DNA from: an uncultured Saprospiraceae bacterium
Lineage (GTDB): Bacteria > Bacteroidota > Bacteroidia > Chitinophagales > Saprospiraceae
Direction of reading: 5' to 3'
Assembly: GCA_964646645.1 (NCBI GenBank)
Contig: CAZYHJ010000006.1
Coordinates: 4,717 to 68,716, forward strand
DNA: 64,000 nt
Made by a program: the position numbers and the translations under genes
Shown here: piece after piece, positions 25,932 through 36,048 of the stretch
Position numbering within the stretch: the stretch's first letter is position 1
How the letters are laid out: every line of letters starts with the position of its first letter
The notes under the pieces: generated by a model
What the model was told of the DNA's origin: nothing
The model's database searches: none
What the model saw: the letters and a program-made list of their open reading frames with translations, nothing else

Positions 25932-27317
25932 TTATTGCCAGGGCAATGCGTTGACACGTCGCCCAACCTTGAATCCAAGGTCAAGTGCTGCCTCGGCATC
26001 CATACGGAAATGAACACCAATGGGAATGCGGGAATAAGCATTCTCTGAGGCCATCTCATAGAAGTTATGGAAGGTACGGGGCGTTCCAATGAATTCAGAT
26101 CGATCCTTATGACAGTTGTCAGTCATTTGAAAATCATGTCCGAACATAGATGTGAGCACCTCAGCAGCTGCGGCACCAAACGTGCCATGACCTGATGGGT
26201 AGGTTGGAAACTGGGGAGTAAAAAATTGGCCGGCACCATCAGGACACATGATTGTATTCCACTCCGAATGTCCCATTTCATTCCGGATATAATCAACAGG
26301 ACGTAAAAGATTGAATCGATATTTTTCTCCCCAGCATCGTATGCCTGCATCGCATAGGGCCATGCCAAGTTTTGCTTGCACGATAATGGCTTTTTCCAGG
26401 TTGGCTGAAGATTGTTCCAATGCCTGATTTGCAATGGCCACCCATCGGCCGGCAGGGGTAAAGGTTAATGCGGGACAATCATCGCTCCAAAACTCAGCAA
26501 TCCATTTGTCTTCATAGTTCTTTCCTTGCCGGATCAGATTGATTTTGTTTTCCGTTTCCTTGGCCTGTACATAAAATTCACTTTGTTCATCCGTGCTAAA
26601 GGGTAAGTGATCTTCGCATTTGTCATCCGGTCTGGCAGCAAAGGTCCTGACCTCGCCCCAATGCGGTAGTAAGGCAGCGCCAAAGTTAGGATACGTGGGT
26701 TGCCAGCGTCCCGGTCCTGCAGGTGGGACATAGAGTGGATCGGTATTATGCAAATACCCCTCGTGTCCTGCCGGATCAGACGTCGACCAGGTATATACCG
26801 CTTCTGCAATACTTTCTCCCCATTCGATCGAAGCACTTATGATTTGTGGTGTGGCTTCTTCAGCATATTTAGCGTTGAAATATTGTTGTAAGGAAATCAC
26901 CTCCGCTAACTGAGCTGCGGGAATATCCGGGTACAACTTATTGACCATCGTCGCATACGCTGCATTTAAAGCGATAGGATAGTGGTACTGAATGTTGGGA
27001 TTAGATGCTGGCAACTGCAGTTCGAGATAGTATTCACTCAGTGAATTGTTGTCAGGCATGCCTGGAATCGCCGTTTCGTAGGAAGCAAGTCCAATGTATC
27101 CCAGACTTCTTGCCGCTACAGGTGGAAGGTATCCTGGAGTGAAACGTTCCACTTCGAGAATCAGGTCCATCCAGCGAATCACCACTTCGGGATCATAGGC
27201 AGATACATGAGTGTCGCTTACTTGTACGGGTTCTTCTTCGCGACATGAAATCATCGCGAAAAGCAGAAATAGCAAGGGGAGCGCCCATAGCTTAATCGTT
27301 CTTACATTAGTTTTCAT
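25932..27317 (-). CDS. PAP2 superfamily / vanadium-dependent haloperoxidase-like protein (secreted)
   Basis: All three PAP2 motifs are present: K-x6-RP (KYRFNLLRP), PSGH (YPSGHGT), SR-x5-H-x3-D (SRIPIGVHFRMD). N-terminal signal with lipobox-like ISC. Confidence 0.8.
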   Translation of the reverse strand: MKTNVRTIKLWALPLLFLLFAMISCREEEPVQVSDTHVSAYDPEVVIRWMDLILEVERFTPGYLPPVAARSLGYIGLASYETAIPGMPDNNSLSEYYLELQLPASNPNIQYHYPIALNAAYATMVNKLYPDIPAAQLAEVISLQQYFNAKYAEEATPQIISASIEWGESIAEAVYTWSTSDPAGHEGYLHNTDPLYVPPAGPGRWQPTYPNFGAALLPHWGEVRTFAARPDDKCEDHLPFSTDEQSEFYVQAKETENKINLIRQGKNYEDKWIAEFWSDDCPALTFTPAGRWVAIANQALEQSSANLEKAIIVQAKLGMALCDAGIRCWGEKYRFNLLRPVDYIRNEMGHSEWNTIMCPDGAGQFFTPQFPTYPSGHGTFGAAAAEVLTSMFGHDFQMTDNCHKDRSEFIGTPRTFHNFYEMASENAYSRIPIGVHFRMDAEAALDLGFKVGRRVNALPWQ

Positions 27318-27346
27318 GATTAATAAAGGATTTTATGGAAATATGA

Positions 27347-27847
27347 TCAATAGGATTTCGGTTTGTCTATGGCTTTGAATTGGTCCGCGTAATACTGGTA
27401 CAGGTCGGGATGGGTTTTAGCCATTTTAGCCAGGAAACTAATCCTTGCTTTTTGCAGTGTATTGATTTGCGTCTGCAGGGAGAGCATTTTTACAGAGAGC
27501 AGACTATCCTGATGTCCGGCTTGTTGAACAAACGATTGTACTTCGGGTGGAAGTGATGTATAGGACATGAACATTTGAATGTGGTCAGCATTGCGGGCCT
27601 CGAGCAGCAGTTTCCTGTCGATCGATGGGAAATCAGACGGAAGTAATTGGTTCAGGGTAAAAGAGGTGGTATCCCAAAGGCTATCCGTCATCATGCTGAG
27701 ACGATTAAGATCGGTCTGGAGTTGCAAGGTTGATGTAATTAGGAGGTCCCCTTCTTCTTTCACATTGTTTTCCTGGCCACACGATATGCATATCAAAGCG
27801 ATAGGGTAGAGTAGGAAGAGTTGAAAGAGGAAAACTAGAAACTTCAT
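27347..27847 (-). CDS. putative lipoprotein, unknown function
   Basis: Signal peptide plus Cys (LICISCGQ); 29 nt upstream of the haloperoxidase-like gene. Confidence 0.5.
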   Translation of the reverse strand: MKFLVFLFQLFLLYPIALICISCGQENNVKEEGDLLITSTLQLQTDLNRLSMMTDSLWDTTSFTLNQLLPSDFPSIDRKLLLEARNADHIQMFMSYTSLPPEVQSFVQQAGHQDSLLSVKMLSLQTQINTLQKARISFLAKMAKTHPDLYQYYADQFKAIDKPKSY

Positions 27848-27920
27848 AGGCCTTCGGTGCTGAATAGGAGGAATTCCTCACATCAATTCCGAATGCAAAT
27901 TTTGAAGTCCCTGGGAAATC

Positions 27921-27944
27921 AAAGTTTGATATACATCAAACTTT
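27921..27944. promoter_or_regulatory. 24-nt perfect palindrome containing a consensus FNR/Crp-family box TTGAT-atac-ATCAA
   Basis: aaagtttgat-atac-atcaaacttt, 85 nt upstream of the lipoprotein/haloperoxidase operon start. Confidence 0.55.
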
Positions 27945-28101
27945 AGTTCGTCGGGTCCATCATTAGAGAAATCTAATACGGTCATTTGATTATCATGAGC
28001 GGCATGAAGGCGCTAATAGCTTATGCAAATTATATCAAGGGCATTTTTAGTTCGGCTTATGCCTGATTTTTTCTATCTTCCCTCATCAAAAGAAATAGGA
28101 C

Positions 28102-28323
28102 ATGAACTTCGCAAAAAACCGGTGGTGGCTTCATGGATTGTTCTGGGGATCCATGATGTTCATTTTTATGGGTGTGCTCTGGCCACTCAGTCAACATGAG
28201 CATTTAATGCTTAAGGAAATAGTTCTAACGCTTGTTTTTTGGTTGGCTTTAGGCCTTTTTATTGGATGGCTATTGAAAACCGGAAGTGTGAGGTGGGACT
28301 TTAAATCAAGCAGTAAGGAATAG
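28102..28323 (+). CDS. small membrane protein (2 TM)
   Basis: 73-aa hydrophobic ORF followed by a hairpin terminator. Confidence 0.4.
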   Translation: MNFAKNRWWLHGLFWGSMMFIFMGVLWPLSQHEHLMLKEIVLTLVFWLALGLFIGWLLKTGSVRWDFKSSSKE

Positions 28324-28359
28324 CTATGGGCTAATTGATTTCAAAACATTTAAAAACCT

Positions 28360-28390
28360 GTGCCACACCTAAGTGTGGCACCAGATTTTC
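28360..28390 (+). terminator. hairpin terminator
   Basis: gtgccacac-ctaa-gtgtggcac 9-bp stem, then cagattttc. Confidence 0.6.
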
Positions 28391-28605
28391 ATGGAAATGG
28401 GTCAAAAAATGGCGTCATTTTTACACTTCATCTCCAAATGTAATTAGTTGAACATCAACAATATAATGAATTGAAAACACAGAGAACTTCCTAAAACATA
28501 CCCTTGATTTTTTCTTGGATGTTTATTCGAGTTTTCAGTAAAAATTGAAAATTGGCCGAAAATCGTGATTTTGGAAAGAAAATGACCCTCTTAAAACCTG
28601 AACGT

Positions 28606-29235
28606 TCAACCCCTTTTATGAGGTGATTTTTCTAAAATTTCAATCACCTCCTCATCCGAAACCTGTCCGAAATCGTGGTAGAATTGCCCCACGCCGTAGA
28701 AATCTTCAGGCGTGTCCACACAGATAAAATCATCGACCATATCACGAATCTTGCGTGCGGTTCGATAGGGTGCTACCGGGACGGCCACTATGATTTTAGC
28801 AGGTTTTTGCTCCCTGATCATTTTTATAGCGGCCATAATCGTATTGCCGGTAGCTATACCGTCATCCACGATAATCACGGTTTTGCCATGGAGATCCGAA
28901 GGATGACGATCTCCCATAAATTTCTTGTATCGGTCTCTTAAGGACTGACGAATTCTGAGGATCTCATTTTCCACGTAGTCTTCCGCTATGGTAAAGCGAT
29001 CATCAAGCACCTCATTGACAAGGCTGACCGCGCCTATAGCCAATTCCGGATTTTCTGGATGACCAATTTTTTTAGTCAGCAATATTTCAAGAGGGAATTG
29101 CATTGCCCTGGCGATGATGGCACCTAATGGAACTCCGCCACGGGGTATGGCCAACACGATCCCATCTTCATTTGCATACGATGCTAGCAATGGCACCAAT
29201 TGCAATGCTGCATCTTCTCTGTTTTGGAACATCAT
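28606..29235 (-). CDS. phosphoribosyltransferase-domain protein
   Basis: PRPP-binding loop TVIIVDDGIATGNT; 209 aa. Confidence 0.85.
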   Translation of the reverse strand: MMFQNREDAALQLVPLLASYANEDGIVLAIPRGGVPLGAIIARAMQFPLEILLTKKIGHPENPELAIGAVSLVNEVLDDRFTIAEDYVENEILRIRQSLRDRYKKFMGDRHPSDLHGKTVIIVDDGIATGNTIMAAIKMIREQKPAKIIVAVPVAPYRTARKIRDMVDDFICVDTPEDFYGVGQFYHDFGQVSDEEVIEILEKSPHKRG

Positions 29236-29253
29236 GGTATATGGATTAAAGTG

Positions 29254-29904
29254 TTAGCCAGGATGAAAGCACATTGAGAACCAATTTTTAGCCCGTTCAG
29301 CTACTTCCTCCATTTTTCCCTGCTCTTCAAAAAGGTGCGTTGCCCCTTGGATAATGGTGAGTTCTTTTTTACATGACATCTCCGTCATTGCTTTCCTGTT
29401 GAGCATCAGCACATCCTTATCCAGACTACCTACAATGAGTAGTACCGGGCACTTGACTTTGTCCAAGGAACCAATAGCCAGATCCGGACGCCCTCCCCGC
29501 GATACTACTGCGCCAATGCGATCATCAAGGATGGCAGCCGCTTTTAATGCCGATGCAGCCCCGGTACTGGCACCAAAAAACCCTATGTTCCGAAAGGACC
29601 ATGCAGGTGCATCAGAGATATACATTGTGACATCAACCAGCCGTTGGGTAAGGAGATCAATGTCAAACCGGTTTTCGACACGACGATCTTCTTCCACTGT
29701 TAACAAATACATCAGTAGCGTGGCAAATCCAAACCGATTCAAATGGGCAGCTACAAACCTGTTTCTGGGACTCAGCCGGCTACTTCCGCTTCCATGGGAG
29801 AAAATAATAAGATCACGCGCCTCATCCGCCATACTCAGATCGCCTATGATACGCTCCCCATTCCCTGTGCCTATCTCAATTTCCCGATATTTAACAGCAC
29901 TCAC
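29254..29904 (-). CDS. dienelactone hydrolase-like alpha/beta hydrolase
   Basis: 216 aa: IIFSHGSGSS, nucleophile elbow FFGASTGAA, late GATHLF His. Confidence 0.75.
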   Translation of the reverse strand: MSAVKYREIEIGTGNGERIIGDLSMADEARDLIIFSHGSGSSRLSPRNRFVAAHLNRFGFATLLMYLLTVEEDRRVENRFDIDLLTQRLVDVTMYISDAPAWSFRNIGFFGASTGAASALKAAAILDDRIGAVVSRGGRPDLAIGSLDKVKCPVLLIVGSLDKDVLMLNRKAMTEMSCKKELTIIQGATHLFEEQGKMEEVAERAKNWFSMCFHPG

Positions 29905-30089
29905 CGGAATAATATTTTATTAAAGTTCATCCCGGGCACTCAAAATCCCTATGATGTCAATCATTTGCCTGTGTGAGGTCAGTCATATGAAATTTATTAG
30001 TATTTCATTTGGTTTATGATACTATAGATGGGTGCTTTATCATCCAGTATGGAGGGATGTGTATGCATCTCAATTTTATACAACGAACA

Positions 30090-31850
30090 ATGTCTACGCT
30101 CAATCACTCATTGTCGCGTGTCCTTTCAGAAATGGGAGAAATGTACAGGTACCTTGGCGCGCCGGAGCGATTTCGTGCTCTTGCTTATGCCAGGGCTGCC
30201 AGAACTATTGATAATCTAAAGGAGGATATCTCGCACTATATACAGCAAAACACATTAGAGGATATCCCCGGGATTGGTGAAAGTATTGCGGAGAAAATTA
30301 TTGAGTACACTCGTCGTGGACGAATAAAAAAATATGAGGAACTGAAGAAATCAGTGCCTTTTGAATTGATGGACCTGATGAGTGTAAGTGGGTTTGGGCC
30401 TCAATCGCTTAAGCAGATACATGACGAGTTGGGGATTTCAACCAGAGCAAAACTGATCCGTGCGCTTGAAGATGGACGAATCAGCCAATTAAAAGGTTTC
30501 GGCCCGAAGAAGGTCGAGAATATGCTTAGAGGGCTTAAGATGTTTAAGCAATCGGAGGAACGGATACTGTATGCAGAGGCAAAAGCAATCGCGGACCAGA
30601 TCGTGAAAACCCTCAGCGCGATGAGTGAGATTCTTGCCATTGAAGTAGCCGGAAGCATCAGGCGCGGAAAGGAAACGATCGGCGACATTGATATTCTGGT
30701 CGCATGCCGGACTGCTGACCGCAAGAAGGTCATTCAACGATTTGTGCTATTGGAAAATCGCAAATTGGTCCTGGTCAGAGGTAACACGAAAGCAAGTATC
30801 GTTGTGACGGATCACCACCGGCAAGTCGATTTAAGAGTTGTGAGTGAACATGAATGGGGAGCCGCATTACTATACCTGACAGGTTCCAAAGAGCATAATG
30901 TCCAATTACGAAGTCTTGCGAAGGAGAGAGGTATGAAGATCAATGAGTATGGGGTTTTTGATTTGAAAACAAATAAGCACATGGCGGGACGTTCAGAAGA
31001 GGAAGTATACAAACGTCTTGGATTTCAATTTATTCCACCGGAGTTGCGGGAAATGAATGGAGAAATTGAATGTGCCGCGAAAGGGAAATTACCCAGACTT
31101 ATTGAACCGCATGATATCCGCGGCGATATGCAGATGCACAGTCAATGGAGTGATGGAACAATGGATATTGCGACCCTGGCAAAATTTGTACGCGATCATT
31201 ACCCATACGAGTACATTGTACTGACGGATCATTCGAAGTCCTCCCGGATAGCGGGTGGATTGGATGCAAAGGAATTCAGAAAGCAGGCAAAGGAGATCGA
31301 CCTTGTAAACAAGCACCTTGGTCGGGACTTCATCAAAAAGGGAGTCGAGGTGGATATTCTTCCGGATGGATCTCTTGATTTACCGGATGATTTGTTGATG
31401 GAAATGGATTGGGTATGTGCGTCCATCCACTCCGGTTTTCAACGGGACAATACCGCAAGATTGGTCAGTGCGTGCAAGCATCCATATGTGCATTGCATCG
31501 GACATCCATCCGGAAGATTAATAGGCAAACGGGAGGCCTATAAGGCAGATTGGCAGGCAATATTTAAAGTGGCGGCTTTCACCGGAACGGCCATGGAGAT
31601 CAATGCCCAACCACAGCGCTTAGATCTCAGTGATCAACTGGCCAGGCAAGCGATCGAGGCTGGTGTCATACTGACCATAAGTACTGATAGTCATGCAGAA
31701 TCCCATTTTTCCTACATGACAGGTGGAGTACTGGTGGCCAGACGTGCCTGGTGCGAATCAGGTCATGTGCTCAATACAAAAAGCTGGGCGGAGGTAAAGA
31801 AATTCACACGGCAGAAGTATAGTTTGTCAAAGAGGAATGCCGGAAAATAA
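30090..31850 (+). CDS. DNA polymerase X family protein with C-terminal PHP domain
   Basis: HhH GIGESIAEKI, Pol-beta NT core GSIRRGKETIGDIDILV, PHP HSQWSDG...LTDHS. Start taken at MSTLNHSL. Confidence 0.9.
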   Translation: MSTLNHSLSRVLSEMGEMYRYLGAPERFRALAYARAARTIDNLKEDISHYIQQNTLEDIPGIGESIAEKIIEYTRRGRIKKYEELKKSVPFELMDLMSVSGFGPQSLKQIHDELGISTRAKLIRALEDGRISQLKGFGPKKVENMLRGLKMFKQSEERILYAEAKAIADQIVKTLSAMSEILAIEVAGSIRRGKETIGDIDILVACRTADRKKVIQRFVLLENRKLVLVRGNTKASIVVTDHHRQVDLRVVSEHEWGAALLYLTGSKEHNVQLRSLAKERGMKINEYGVFDLKTNKHMAGRSEEEVYKRLGFQFIPPELREMNGEIECAAKGKLPRLIEPHDIRGDMQMHSQWSDGTMDIATLAKFVRDHYPYEYIVLTDHSKSSRIAGGLDAKEFRKQAKEIDLVNKHLGRDFIKKGVEVDILPDGSLDLPDDLLMEMDWVCASIHSGFQRDNTARLVSACKHPYVHCIGHPSGRLIGKREAYKADWQAIFKVAAFTGTAMEINAQPQRLDLSDQLARQAIEAGVILTISTDSHAESHFSYMTGGVLVARRAWCESGHVLNTKSWAEVKKFTRQKYSLSKRNAGK

Positions 31851-31876
31851 AAACAGAGAATTGAACGCTGCACTTG

Positions 31877-33484
31877 TTATTCCCTGGCAATTATTTTTTG
31901 TGTGTATGATTGTCCGCCGATCATGAGGGTAATAAAGTAAACACCGTCAACTTTCATTTGTCTGCACCTTTTTTCTATCCGGTTTTCCCCGACCAGCACT
32001 TCATGGGTGATATCCTCTTTCAGCAATCTTTTTCCCTGATCGTCGCTGATTTCAAGTTGGACCGGGGTGATCTGATCGAGGTGAAAACGAAGCGTAAACG
32101 TTCCATTTGTTGGATTTGGAAAGACCTGGAGTTGAAAACCATTGTGACTTTGATCATTCGGATGATGGGATGATGTGGCAGTGTTTTTTATGAGGTATAC
32201 TTCATAGATCACCGGATGCGCAGCGCTTTCTGTCCCGGTATTGGTCCAGAAAATATTGGGGAGCGTACTTTCAATTCCTCCAAAGATGTATCCCACCATG
32301 ACGGAATCAGCCTGCAGGCCATTTAGTTTTAATACACGGTTGTTAAATCTTGGCAAGTCCTCCGCAGGGATGAATTCCGCACTGGCCCCGAGGTAACCCG
32401 GCATTTCGATCGGCATGACAAATTCGGCCATGTTTCCCAGCTGATCCCGCTCGATTCGGGCGATGGTTTTGACAAACGGAACTCCGTTATCCTGCGTCAA
32501 TTTTCCTCCTTCGAGATAATATTGGGCAATACCCCCAAAGAAAACAGTATGCATTTTTCTTTCCGCTTCATCATATAACGGAAGCACCGGACAGTGATAA
32601 TTATTAAAATATTGAGCAAAGTCGGGCACAATGTAGTGTGTGTCTTTTTCGATCATGACTGTATTGAGATAGGGAAGGTCTGCATCGATCCGAAAGGGTC
32701 CGGAAAAACTCATGATGGCTTCTTCTCCTTCAGGGGTGATCTGTGCCCCGACATTGTAATCCCGTCGATGAAAAGCAGCGGTATCCGTGATGGTTTCCAA
32801 TTTTTCAATGATGAGTTGGACCCCGTCATCCATGAGCGTAAATCGCTTTACCCCATTGGTATATTCCTGGGTGAAACTGGGATGATTCATGGGGTTATAA
32901 TTGCCGTCAAATTTTTGTCCACCCACCAGATGCCATACGTCGTTGATTTTTTCGAGATGTCCACCAGTAACCGCAAAGTAAGGATCGGTGATACTACGGA
33001 TATGGGAAGTAAGATCCTTCCCTTCTTTGACGGCCTCTATTGTGGCGGGTAGGTCGATCGCAGTCAACATCGCGTAGGTGAGTTTTTCACCGACAGTCTC
33101 ACTATGACCGTATCCACCCACCAGGTACAATCTGCTATCCTGCTGAAGGAATTCCATGTTGGTGGAACTCAATTGATCCTGCAGATGTAGCGGAAGCGAT
33201 GTAAGTGGGCGGGTCCAAACCAGTTTTTCATTTGGATCAACGACATAGAGTTGAGTATTTCTTCCTTCAGAGTCAAAGGTGGCCCAGGGTTGTCGCCGAT
33301 GGAGTCCATCGATACGACCGCCGACAATGAGCCATTGTCCCTCATGCTGGCCAAAGGCAAAAGCTTGAATGCCGGGCAGATCGGGAATGGTTAAAGGTTT
33401 GAGGTGAATCTGGAAAGGATCTGATTGGGCGACCATCACAATAGATGCCCAAATCAAAATGAGGAGTAGAGCGAACTTTTTCAT
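31877..33484 (-). CDS. secreted beta-propeller-like protein with T9SS C-terminal sorting domain
   Basis: Signal peptide MKKFALLL, repeated xVGG/FGG strands. The C-terminus VFPNPTNGTFTLRF...VDGVYFITL is typical of Por_Secre_tail. Confidence 0.7.
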   Translation of the reverse strand: MKKFALLLILIWASIVMVAQSDPFQIHLKPLTIPDLPGIQAFAFGQHEGQWLIVGGRIDGLHRRQPWATFDSEGRNTQLYVVDPNEKLVWTRPLTSLPLHLQDQLSSTNMEFLQQDSRLYLVGGYGHSETVGEKLTYAMLTAIDLPATIEAVKEGKDLTSHIRSITDPYFAVTGGHLEKINDVWHLVGGQKFDGNYNPMNHPSFTQEYTNGVKRFTLMDDGVQLIIEKLETITDTAAFHRRDYNVGAQITPEGEEAIMSFSGPFRIDADLPYLNTVMIEKDTHYIVPDFAQYFNNYHCPVLPLYDEAERKMHTVFFGGIAQYYLEGGKLTQDNGVPFVKTIARIERDQLGNMAEFVMPIEMPGYLGASAEFIPAEDLPRFNNRVLKLNGLQADSVMVGYIFGGIESTLPNIFWTNTGTESAAHPVIYEVYLIKNTATSSHHPNDQSHNGFQLQVFPNPTNGTFTLRFHLDQITPVQLEISDDQGKRLLKEDITHEVLVGENRIEKRCRQMKVDGVYFITLMIGGQSYTQKIIARE

Positions 33485-33676
33485 ACCACAGGTCAATACA
33501 GTTGAGACCTGAAAATTAAGTTGGTTTGATCACCCGAATTGTAACAAAAGTTGAATAGTAATGCATCACCAATGAAAAAGGAAATAGTAAAACCTAGGAC
33601 GTAACAGTCAAAAGGCAGTAAATTTTAACCTCTTCAACTGCTCTTTTCAATCTTCAATCTTCATTTTTCAATTGAA

Positions 33677-34408
33677 CTACTCTACTTGTTTCTTCTTTTT
33701 ACTCTTATGCTTCAGCACCTTGGCCTCTACATAAAAGATAATTTCTTCCGCGATGTTTTTGCAGTGGTCGCCAACGCGCTCCAGCTTTCGGATGGTGGAA
33801 AGGATGTATAAGCTTTCTTCAATTTTATCGGGGTGATTTCGGATAAATTCAGCAACAACATTGTTCGCGCTGAAGTTAATTTCATCCACCACTTCATCCC
33901 GTTTGAATACGCCTCTGGCCATTTTCGTGTCATCCGTTTCAAATGCTCTTAATACATCTTCGAGAATGTTGTTGATTTCGCCGTACATCTCGAGTATCCT
34001 TGTTTTTTCAAGCAGTTGAGGATCAAATGGGTGATCGGCAAATATGATATACTTCGCGATGCCTTCAGCAATATCCCCGTTGCGCTCCAGGTTATTGTTC
34101 ATTTTGAGTACAGCCAGTACTATGCGCAGGTCTATGGCAACAGGATTGTAAAGCGCAAAAATATTTTCACAATCCCTGTCGATCTTGAGTTCGAGGGAAT
34201 TGACACGTTTTTCGGTAGCGACCACTTCGCGCGCCAGATCTTTATCGAACTGGACCAACGCTTCTTTTGTTTTGACCAGTTGCGAGATGACCAGCTCCCA
34301 CATGTTGGTGAGTTCGGCCCGCAACAAGCCCAATTCTTCTTCTAGATGTGTCATATTATCGGAATTAAGTGCATTAGATATATCCTGTTCTTTATCGTGA
34401 ACGTCCAT
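33677..34408 (-). CDS. phoU: phosphate signalling complex protein PhoU
   Basis: 243 aa with two PhoU repeats (E..VN.LE..ID; ERVGDHCKNIAE), downstream of pstB. Confidence 0.9.
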   Translation of the reverse strand: MDVHDKEQDISNALNSDNMTHLEEELGLLRAELTNMWELVISQLVKTKEALVQFDKDLAREVVATEKRVNSLELKIDRDCENIFALYNPVAIDLRIVLAVLKMNNNLERNGDIAEGIAKYIIFADHPFDPQLLEKTRILEMYGEINNILEDVLRAFETDDTKMARGVFKRDEVVDEINFSANNVVAEFIRNHPDKIEESLYILSTIRKLERVGDHCKNIAEEIIFYVEAKVLKHKSKKKKQVE

Positions 34409-34423
34409 ATCTAAGTAAAAAGT

Positions 34424-35194
34424 TTAACCGAATCTTCCGGTGATGTAGTTTTGAGTGAGTTCCTTTTTTGGATTAATAAATATCGTTTTCGTATTGTCAT
34501 ACTCCACCAGTTCGCCAAGATAAAAAAAGGCGACCTTATCACTGACCCGGCCGGCCTGTTGCATATTATGGGTAACAATGATGATGGTGTATTGATTCTT
34601 TAGCTCGTGGATGAGTTCCTCAATCTTTGAAGTAGAAATGGGATCCAGCGCGGATGCAGGTTCGTCCATCAGCAGAATGGAGGGTTGCACGGCCAAAGTA
34701 CGGGCGATGCAGATTCTCTGTTGCTGTCCACCGGACAATGATAATGCTGATTTATTAAGGTTATCCTTTACTTCATCCCAGATTGCGGCCCGGCGGAGAG
34801 AAGTTTCTACGGTTTCATCCAGCAGCGATTTATTATTGATGCCCTGTATACGCAGGCCATACACGATGTTTTCGTAAATCGATTTTGGAAACGGATTGGG
34901 TTTTTGGAAGACCATACCCACCTGCTTGCGCAGTTCTTCAACTCTTACCTTTTTATCATAAATATCCTCCCCATCGATTCGGATACTTCCGGTTTTCCTG
35001 AAGCCATCGATATAGTCGTTCATGCGGTTGAGCAACCGGAGAAAGGTCGATTTACCGCATCCGGAGGGACCGATAAACGCCGTAACAGTATTCGCCTGTA
35101 TATGGATGCTGACATCCTTGATCACATGGGCCTGATCATAATAGACATTTACATTTTCCGCGACCAATTTATCTGTCGTCATAACTGTTACCAT
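34424..35194 (-). CDS. pstB: phosphate ABC transporter ATP-binding protein
   Basis: Walker [10 protein letters not shown], signature LSGGQQQR, Walker B LLMDEP. Confidence 0.95.
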   Translation of the reverse strand: MVTVMTTDKLVAENVNVYYDQAHVIKDVSIHIQANTVTAFIGPSGCGKSTFLRLLNRMNDYIDGFRKTGSIRIDGEDIYDKKVRVEELRKQVGMVFQKPNPFPKSIYENIVYGLRIQGINNKSLLDETVETSLRRAAIWDEVKDNLNKSALSLSGGQQQRICIARTLAVQPSILLMDEPASALDPISTSKIEELIHELKNQYTIIIVTHNMQQAGRVSDKVAFFYLGELVEYDNTKTIFINPKKELTQNYITGRFG

Positions 35195-36048
35195 TTAACT
35201 TTTTTCTGCCAGCGGTTGCGAAGATAGATCGCAATGCCGTTGAGGACAAAGGTGATCAGGAGCAGAATAATAATTGCCGCGGTGGCATTGACAATAAACG
35301 CCTTCTGGGGTCTCGACAACCAGTTGAATATCTGGATGGGCAGGACTGAAAAATCATCCATCGGACTGGAGGGAAGCGTGGTGATATAAAGCATTGCGCC
35401 AATCACAATCAAAGGTGCAGTTTCTCCAATGGCTCTTGAAATCGCCAGGATGACCCCGGTCACAATGCCACCTGAAGCGGCTGGGAGAACCTGGTGCCAG
35501 GTGGTTTGCCACTTAGTGGCGCCAAGCGCGAAGGAGGCTTCCCGGATCGTCTTGGGTACAGCTTTCAATGCCTCACGGGTGGCGACAATGATGATCGGCA
35601 AAATAAGCAGGGATAAGGTCAAACTTCCTGACAACAAACTTCTGCCAAGTCCGAAGATGCGTACAAAAACTTCCAGGGCCAACAATCCATAAATAATGGA
35701 CGGCACACCAGCAAGGTTAGTGATGTTGATTTCAATAAAGGACGCAAATTTGTTTTTTGCTCCATATTCCTCAAGATAAATGCCTGATGCGACGCCAAGA
35801 GGAATGGCAATGAGTGAAGTCAACACCATGATCCACATGGTCCCTACCAGTGGAATCAGAATTCCCGCATTTTCAGGTTTGCGTGACGGAAGCGAAGAGA
35901 GAAACTGAAAGTCCAATCTATGGAAGCCCTCATTGACCACACTGATGAGAAAAATCGCAAGCATAAATAGCCCGAACAGGGTACAGGCGATCCCGAAATA
36001 CCGGAATGCCGAATCCTTAAAACGGTTGATGGCAGCTTGCCTACTCAT
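35188..36048 (-). CDS. pstA: phosphate ABC transporter permease PstA
   Basis: 6-TM BPD_transp_1 permease with EAA-like loop ([14 protein letters not shown]); operon position. Confidence 0.9.
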   Translation of the reverse strand: MSRQAAINRFKDSAFRYFGIACTLFGLFMLAIFLISVVNEGFHRLDFQFLSSLPSRKPENAGILIPLVGTMWIMVLTSLIAIPLGVASGIYLEEYGAKNKFASFIEINITNLAGVPSIIYGLLALEVFVRIFGLGRSLLSGSLTLSLLILPIIIVATREALKAVPKTIREASFALGATKWQTTWHQVLPAASGGIVTGVILAISRAIGETAPLIVIGAMLYITTLPSSPMDDFSVLPIQIFNWLSRPQKAFIVNATAAIIILLLITFVLNGIAIYLRNRWQKKVKW

